Positions 53,401 through 64,000 of a stretch of DNA of 64,000 bases are shown one piece after another. Origin of the DNA: Blastocystis sp. Blastoise (Eukaryota; Protista; Bigyra: Opalinata); contig JBBPEB010000002.1 in NCBI GenBank assembly GCA_039096225.1, forward strand, positions 1,258,595 to 1,322,594, given 5' to 3'. How positions within the stretch are numbered: the stretch's first letter is position 1; the number at the start of each line of letters is the position of its first letter. The translations under genes and the position numbers were made by a program. The notes beneath the pieces were generated by a model that searched no databases, was not told the DNA's origin, and saw only the letters and a program-made list of their open reading frames with translations.

Positions 53401-53700
53401 ATATCATGAATCTTAATCTAATACTTATTTCATGCTATTATAATATAAAATCCACATTACTTTCTATTATATCATATATTCTAATACTCTTTCGGATATA
53501 TATAATCCCTCATATGATACTTAATATAGATATAACACATCTTGCTCTTTCCTTTTGAATTCATGTATAAATATAAAATTGTTGGTGTAAACGATTTAAG
53601 ATTCCACTTTATATATATGTTTTGGAAAATAGTATATTCTTTAGGAACCAATTGTTATCACTCTCTTTGTGATATTTGATTGATAAGTCAGGTAAATGAT
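50500..53700 (-). mobile_element. Heavily decayed intronless coding relic, probably a non-LTR (LINE-like) reverse transcriptase
   Basis: On the minus strand, in order and across frameshifts: LVPK (~53645), K*CGF (~53455), DIYK..AFERLSEEKLLERL (~53405-53350), IFSIFLKTI (~53180) and IIMSK (~53050). No intact YADD. Confidence 0.45.
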
Positions 53701-54347
53701 TTTAGTAGTTATTTGGTTCTTTCTATTGATACATTATGATTGAAAATATATTTTGCTATTTATTTATATATTTAATCTTCTTGATTAGATATACTATTTG
53801 ATTTAAGAAGAGTATACTTTATAGTTGTATATTATACTTTTGATTGAATAAAGATTCTTATTAGTATTGGATATTGTTTTAAAGTATTATACTAGAGAGA
53901 TTAGTATATATGAAATAATTACTTCTAAAATAATATTTATTTTTCATATAAGTAATAATATTTCTCAGTTATTCGTTTGATCTGAATATAATAGTACTTG
54001 AAAAAGAATATAATTAGAAAAATAATTGAAATATAGATAAAAATTATTAAGGAATAGTGATTCTAATTAAGAAACTATATACTATTGATATAATCAAATA
54101 TATAAAGGAATATTCAATGTCATCTATTTATAATTATATTTAAAAGATAACAGTATATCTTCTTGAGTTAATTAAAACAATACAAATTATAATGTAACAA
54201 TAAAACATTATGGAATACAAATAGTTAATATAATGAAAACAATATAAATATATAAATATTAATAGTAAAAGAAATCAATGTACTTTGTAGTATAAATACA
54301 GTAATTAAGTAGTTGGATTAGATTAGTGATTTTGTTGCTAGATGTTA

Positions 54348-57084
54348 TCAATCGAGTTTCTTTTTCTTTAATTTATCTATATATAATTAAGAATAGATTC
54401 TATATTATGTGAATTATGAATATAATACTTATAATATACATACGCTCTAAAACAGTAGTTATAAGTGATGAAGAATCAATGATATCAGAAGTTAATCCAA
54501 TTGTCATTTGGGTTGTTGGATTAATAGTGTTTCTGTATTTGTTTTTTATATACACGAGATGACTGAAACCGCTCTCACAGAGATATGAAGTTGCAAAGGG
54601 AAGAAAACATTTCTTGGCTATATCATATAATAATGGAAAACGACTCTTATGGCTTATATAGAACTCATCTATTGGTACGTTATTAAATTCTTCTCTACAT
54701 GTTTTATCAGCAAGTAAACAGAAATACTCTTCTTTAACATGAAACTCCATTTTATTTTCGTCAGCTACTTTTGAAAATGGATTAGTAATCCAATATAAAG
54801 AATGATCAATAAGATTAGTTGTTGGTGTATTTTTTGGTTTTTTTATGTTACTATTCGTTTTCTTCTGCTTTTTATTCTTTTGTACTTCTCCTTGATTTGT
54901 ATTATTACTTATTTCATTTGGAATGATTGCCCCAAGAGTTATTATACAATTGATATTAGCCTGAATTATATTTATATTACTAATGATTCCATTGTATTGT
55001 CCTTGAATACTACTATTAGGGAAATTATTAAGAACACCAGAAATACTACCTAAAGTGTATCCATATACTAAATATGGAAAGTCAATTCTAATCGTTACTT
55101 GAGTTTCTATTAATTGCTGAGTAACTATGTCAACATAGGTTATTAAGCCATTTACAACTCCATTTGGAGATACGCAACCTTGTAATGATCCAAGAATATT
55201 AAATTGGTTTGATACTACTGATGTATTGTTATTAACATTACTATTCACTTCATGAGATATATTTGATGTATTATGTGTATTTTCTTGGTCTATTAAATAT
55301 TCATTAAGGTCTTGAAGATACGATTCATCACTACCAATATAATTTAGTATTTCTGGGAAATAATTCAGTAAATTACGTCGAAGAGTTATTAGATGATTTT
55401 TGATATAAAATATGATTGAATTAATATCAAGCTTGGTTGTAGATACATAATCCTTAAGTTTCGTAAATGATGAATAATCGTTATTATTTATTAGTCTTTC
55501 TAATCTCAACGATAATTTTATAAATAAATCCTTCATAATGTCTATTAACCCAAATATATATCTATGCTGTCCTTGCATTGATTTATTACAATCATAGAAT
55601 AAACTGGTAACATCCTCAAGGTATAACATTGAAGCTATGAAGTTAGTATCAATAATGGTGTTATATAAGTCCTTCTTTTCTTTATCCTTTTTTATTACTA
55701 GTGTTATTCCATTTCTAAGTAAATTAAATCTTTTAATTGATGAATGGCATGAAAGCCATCTTGTAGGGCAATAAAGGAGAAGTTTATAACTTCTAATATT
55801 TTTTTCCTTTTTTTCTTCCTTCTTATCATTACTATAAACTTCATGAATATTATTATCTATATTATTATCTGTATCAGATGTATCTAAAAGGGATTCAACT
55901 ACTTTATTATATTCTATCTCTAAAGAAGATATATTATTAGGGGAATCAGGTATGTTATCTTGAGGAGAGAAGATAGAAGAGGTTAATGAATATTCATTAT
56001 CAATATTGTAATTATTGGATTCGTCTTGTCTAACAGCAGACTTCTTTATATATGAAATTATCTCAACAGCACTTTTGAATATATTAGTGAAGTATTTTGG
56101 TAAACAGTTTACACAGAGTTCTTCTCTATGAAGAAAACAGTGGATGAACATACAATTCTTATTCTTCTCTAGTACTCGTGTTTTGAAGGAGTTTTTGTCT
56201 CCATTCATATTCGAAGCACCGTCAAAAGTAGCTGATACGCAATTATTCCACAGAAGGTTATTATTATTAAAGAAATTATCTACCATGTTAAATATATTAT
56301 CACCTGTTTTGGAACTAATCTGAAAAATACTTAAAAATGATTCAGTAAACTTTTTATTATATTCGTATCTAGCATAAACGAGTAAATAGGATTTCATTTC
56401 TATGTCAGTTGACTCGTCAAGCTGAATAGAAAATGATCCTGATTGTCTTATCCTATTTATTACTTCTTGTTGAATTGTCAAAGCAATTTCATCACTTTTT
56501 CTTTTGATACTGCTTGAGGATAACGGAAGATTAGAAAGGACTTTGACATTCTTTAACCTTTCATATTCTTCAATAATAGGTTTAACTAATTTTTCTCCAG
56601 TTCTGTAGCTGTATCCATTCTTTGAAATGGAGTAGGCGATGAAATATGAAAGCTTACTGGATAAATCTGAAAAGCTAAAGAGAGAATTTGAGTATTCTGT
56701 GTTTTCATTATGATCTTTTAAGAGTTCTTGAATGTCATCATATATGTGTATTTGCTTAACCCATGTTTATTCTTGAAATGAGTGAAGAGTTTTGAGGCTT
56801 CATAACCTTTACACGTGAGAGTAGACTCACAGATTAAACAAAAATAGGAGTTTTTTGTTAATTTTTTAAATCCATAAACAACTGGATTGGCATTATATCT
56901 TTTAACTCCTTCTTTTACTTCACTATAATATTTGGATTTAGGATTAATATCTGGTTTATTATTCGTTTCTTCTGTAATTATGTCATCATCTTTTTTTTTT
57001 TCGTCTGTTGTAGACTTGTCAATCTATATATATATATATATATTACTATTAATATACTTGTAATTTTTTAAAGTACTGTTCCAT
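54348..57084 (-). CDS. Buster-family (ZBED8/SCAND3-like) hAT transposase with one frameshift near 56750
   Basis: BED finger CLIC..SKLFTHFKNKH, FSIQLDESTD, TFDGASNM, HCFLHRE, TRWLS and PFATSYLCESGFS. Short introns at both ends. Confidence 0.9.
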
Positions 57085-57846
57085 GTATTTAAACAATAAA
57101 AAAAGTTTATCTAATATAGAATGTTCTTTTTGGTTTAGCAAAACATTTTCCCTTATATTTTTGTTTTTCCCGTGTTTTCATCACTTAAAATAACTATGAA
57201 AATCACGGTAATAAAAAAGTAACTTTGTTATTTAAGCGCAAAAATTTTGGTCCTTTCGCTTAACGAGTAACTACGTGGTGACCCCTGGTTCAAGATAAAA
57301 CCGAGAACTGTGATCCACTGACTTGTTTCCCTAAGATAGTGTTTTCTCCAATCAAATCATTAATATATAAAGATACAAAATGTTGACACACTCGTGAAAG
57401 AAATAGAAAAGACCTCAGAGAAATAAGAAATAATCTTGGTTATCTATGTTTTTCAATGAATACATGTGTTATGTCATTGTGACACGTACAGAGACAAAAC
57501 ATTTTGATTGGTTTATCGACCCTTGACACCCTATGAGTAATCATTATGGAATAAAAGGGGCTAACAAAAGCGGGGAAAGATCGTATTTTCCCTGTTTTAT
57601 TTCTCTATTTTCATTATTCGCTCCTCTTTTCTGGGGGTATTTCCTTGGGAATTTCAATAAAATGGAAAATAATTTGTAAAAGAAGAGAAACCGTGGAAGA
57701 TCGATTCATTTCCTTAATTGCTTTTATTTTCTATTCAAATATAATTTATTTGTTGTTCTTGTTCTATTTTTTGTTCTAAGCGTTTTAGAAGTATTTCTTA
57801 TATCATTCTATATCGATATTTATGTTTTATTTTTTTATTTACGGAA

Positions 57847-60574
<2,728 letters not shown>

Positions 60575-61183
60575 TTAATATATATATATATATAATTAAA
60601 TATGAATTCATTGTTATTTATTATATTATGATATACATAGAAATTGAAATCTATTTTATTCTGTATAGTTATTTCATTTTGTTATTATTTGCTATTCACT
60701 TCATTTTTTTTTTAATTTTATTTTCTGGTCATTGATTGCATTGCCTATTTATTTGTTCAGGATTGTAGAAATATATATTTAATAATATAATAAATTATAC
60801 TTAAATAAGTTGTTTTGTTATTTATTTTATTAATACACAACGATAAGAATAAAAGAAAAGAACGAGCCCATTATGAATAACACAAATTTAAATATAAAAA
60901 AATGATATCAATATAACATCAATACAAGTATTTGTTAATAGATACATACAAAAAAATATTAATAAACTAGATAAATAGTTTATTTTTATAAATAATAATA
61001 AATATATATATATAAATATATAATTTTAAAAGATAAATAAATGCAAAAAGAAACGCGAAAAAAAGATATTTAAAAGATATATAATTAAAAAAAAATAGAT
61101 AATAATATAATAAAATAGTTAAAAAAATTGAAAAGACTCATTAAACGATAGTATTATTAATATATATATATATATAGAATACA

Positions 61184-62194
61184 TTAGGAAAGACATTCTT
61201 TAGAGACCGTTAACACCGCTTTATTCTGAATTATTTTAGACATACATTGACGACATATACTATATGAATTATTATCAGTATTATTATTATTATTATATCT
61301 TATATATACCGTTGTGGAGTGAATAGATTCATACAAGGAAGACATTCTGAATGATTCGAACATGATTTGCATATACATAAACCACATCGACGACAGTATA
61401 ACTTATTAAGGAGTAACCACAGGAATATAAAATAAGGAAATGAATGATATATATATATTAAAAGGATATATGATGCTGTCTATTAAAAAGATGAAATCGT
61501 TTTTGACATATCTATACAAAAAATAATTATAATACACATAATAATAACAATGATAATATTAATAACCAATAATAATAACATATACTTCACATTTCTTAGT
61601 ATTTGGATGAAAAATAGGTCTTTTGGCTTCACAAACAGATTGATAAAACTTTATAGAAATAATGATAATAAAAAATTATATATATATAAAGAAAAATAAA
61701 TGAAAATACTTTTCCTTGTAGTTCAGAATTATTTAATAGAAAATGCCAAGTGACTTTCAAACCTTTCTTATTCTTAGAGACAATTGTAATAAATGTACTA
61801 AATGAAAATAAAATCTATTTGAATTTATAAAATATACTTTTCTGGATCTCCAAATGCCCATATATCTGCATCGGTGATACATGTACTACATTTAGCAGGT
61901 TCAGTAACAAACGTATTATGATCAAGTATAATTTCTTCAAATGGTTTACTTGTCTAAACAAATGTAAGCATAGATATACAGCTAAACAAAAATGAAAAAG
62001 AAACATACTTCGCGCCATTCTGAAGATTGAGGTTTTATAATCATCATATTCTGTGATCTAAAGATATTCTATATATTATCAAACAATATATACATAATAA
62101 TTTCATTTTTCTTCCAGGTTACTAAGCCATCTTTTTTACACAAGAGAACATCCTTAAAGATTTTTTCTTGTTTTCCATCAATTAAGTCACCCAT
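61184..62194 (-). CDS. Small PH-like plus FYVE zinc-finger protein (Phafin/PLEKHF-like)
   Basis: Spliced translation gives KKCEICQKRFHLFNRQHH|CRRCGLCICKSCS...PQRICRQC. Confidence 0.8.
61396..61469 (-). other. U12-type AT-AC intron (74 nt)
   Basis: 5' splice site ATATCCTTT, branch site TCCTTAAT 9 nt before the terminal AC end. Removal restores the FYVE RxHHCR motif. Confidence 0.9.
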
Positions 62195-63494
62195 AACAAA
62201 ATACAGTAATATAAGAATATTAAATACACTCTCAACTCACAATCAAAGAAGAATTCCAGAAAAATACAAAACCCCAATAAACTACAGCTATTTTATAAAT
62301 TTTAAGAGGTTTGAGATTATTTTCAAAATTTTGAGGAAAAACCAGAGTTTTTCATGAAAAATATTTGGCCAGACAAAAAGTTGCTCTTTCAATTTACGGT
62401 ACTCTGGCGACTAGTTCAAACCAGAATTAATAAACTTTTTTTAGGGGACTTAAATACGACATAAAAAAGGTTTTTTAATTTTTCTGGCGGATAAAAATGG
62501 TTGAGTTGCTTATGTAGCAACGAAAGTTATTTTGAATTTCTTTAGAATAAATATTTTTTAATAATGAAATATGAATTATATATGAGGTTCTGATAAAAGT
62601 GTCTGAAAATTCGATTTTGGTGAGAAGCATGTCTCTTTTTAATTTTTTTTTAGCAAAATATCGTTTTTTTTTTCAAAACTGATAAAAATGTCTCTTTTAT
62701 GACTTATTTTCTTCTGATTTGTTCTTAAACATAGTATTTTCCTCCTTTTTTAAAGATTAATTCCCGTGAATAAAAAAAATAGTTTTTTTATTGGATAACA
62801 TTTTATAAAAATAATTTTTATTGGATAAATAGAGAAATAAAGAACAAAATAATTGTTGTTTATCAAAATAAACCGTATATATTTATAATTTGTGCTGTTT
62901 TGTTATCAGTTTTGAATAAATAGCAATTCTGTTATATAAATTAGTTATAAATAGACACTTCCTTTTATTATTATGCATAAAATAAAAGTTTAGTGTAGCT
63001 AATTTTCTTTGGCAGAACTATATTAACAGCCAGCATAGCTATTCTAAATCAAAAGCATCTTTTGGCTTAATAAAAATCTAGAAAAACTTTATAACTGGTT
63101 CTTATTGTTAAAAAAAAGTGTAATCAAAGAATGACTTTAAGTTTGAAAAAGTTATAAGTAATTATTTATTGTGAAACTATAGTTGCTTCGATGAGTCAAT
63201 GTTAAACAAAACTTATTTTTAATATTTTGCTCACAATTGTTACTAATCCATTTGAGGAAGACAATTTTTTACAAATGAAATGTGTGCTGGAATAAGTCAT
63301 CTATTGATTTATCGCTTTTGTTAAAGAAAACGATGTGTAAAAATGATTTAAAATAAAAAGAAGAAATATATTTTTTATATTAAGAATATTTTTTGTTATT
63401 TAAGTTTTTAAGTTTCTTTTTTATAACGTGATAATTTAGAAAACATAGAGACTCAAAATAATGTATTTATAACATTATTAAAACTCACTTTCAC

Positions 63495-63830
63495 TTGATT
63501 CAGGTTAATGATGTTGATGATGTAAATAGTATTCAGAATGAAAACATGGAATCAGTGTGTTATGATGAATTTACAAGTCGAGAAGATATGCTAGAATTCG
63601 AGATTAATAATTTATACTTTATTAAAACAATATATCAAACAAAACAAGAATTAATAAAAGATATAAGTACAAAACTAAAAGATAAAGGCTATTCATATAA
63701 AATTAATAAATCAAATAAAACTTAAATAACCATTATCTGCCCTTTTAGTGATTGTGGATTCTACCTTCACTATAGAGGAAATAATATTAGAGGATTCATA
63801 TTAAAAAAATATAAAAATCATAAAAGTGAA
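63495..63830 (+). pseudogene. Mutator/MULE-like transposase N-terminal zinc-finger fragment, continuing beyond the window
   Basis: YQTKQELIKDI...GYSYKINKSNKT*ITIICPFSDCGFYLHYR...KKYKNH resembles a MuDR/FAR1-type domain. It has an in-frame TAA. Confidence 0.5.
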
Positions 63831-63831
63831 G

Positions 63832-63862
<31 letters not shown>

Positions 63863-64000
63863 TCTTATTATTTATTATATATATATATGCATTCTTATTA
63901 TTCTTTTTATTCATTCTTATTACTCATTCTATATATATATTCATCTAATATCATCATATTATCATATATATATTCATCTTATATCATCATATATTCATAT

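Noticed and set aside
63723-63725. Stop-codon reassignment suggested by in-frame TAA here and in UTP20
   Set aside because: Intact host genes in the window terminate at TAA, and their exons lack in-frame stops. The stops are confined to decayed sequences.

Overview
Very AT-rich, intron-dense eukaryotic DNA whose introns are filled with microsatellites, read in the standard code. An anaerobic protist such as a Blastocystis-like stramenopile is my inference, from the intron-containing tryptophanase and a U12 intron. Host genes: a truncated possible MT-A70-family gene, GPAT, RGP1, SSUH2-like, FPGS, a phosphoserine-phosphatase-like HAD, an unknown gene, tryptophanase and a PH-FYVE gene with an AT-AC minor-spliceosome intron. 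About 60% of the window is DNA transposon, and the boundaries resolve to the base. (i) A 4.15-kb non-autonomous Helitron lies at 7431-11580. (ii) A three-layer nest: a hAT element (12060-31131, 8-bp TSD) is split by a minus-strand Helitron (13171-29317), which is itself split by a 13.4-kb autonomous Helitron (15672-29109). The RepHel of that inner element appears fused to about 22 phase-1 exons. (iii) A 16.2-kb Buster-type hAT (41069-57287, 8-bp TSD) carries a UTP20 pseudogene, two tRNA-like units and a decayed LINE-like relic. (iv) A MULE-like fragment sits at the right edge. Separately, a CpG-containing octamer (TTCCCGYG) is strongly over-represented in host DNA and was not seen in the Helitron/hAT block. 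All gene models and homologies come from manual reading, not database searches.
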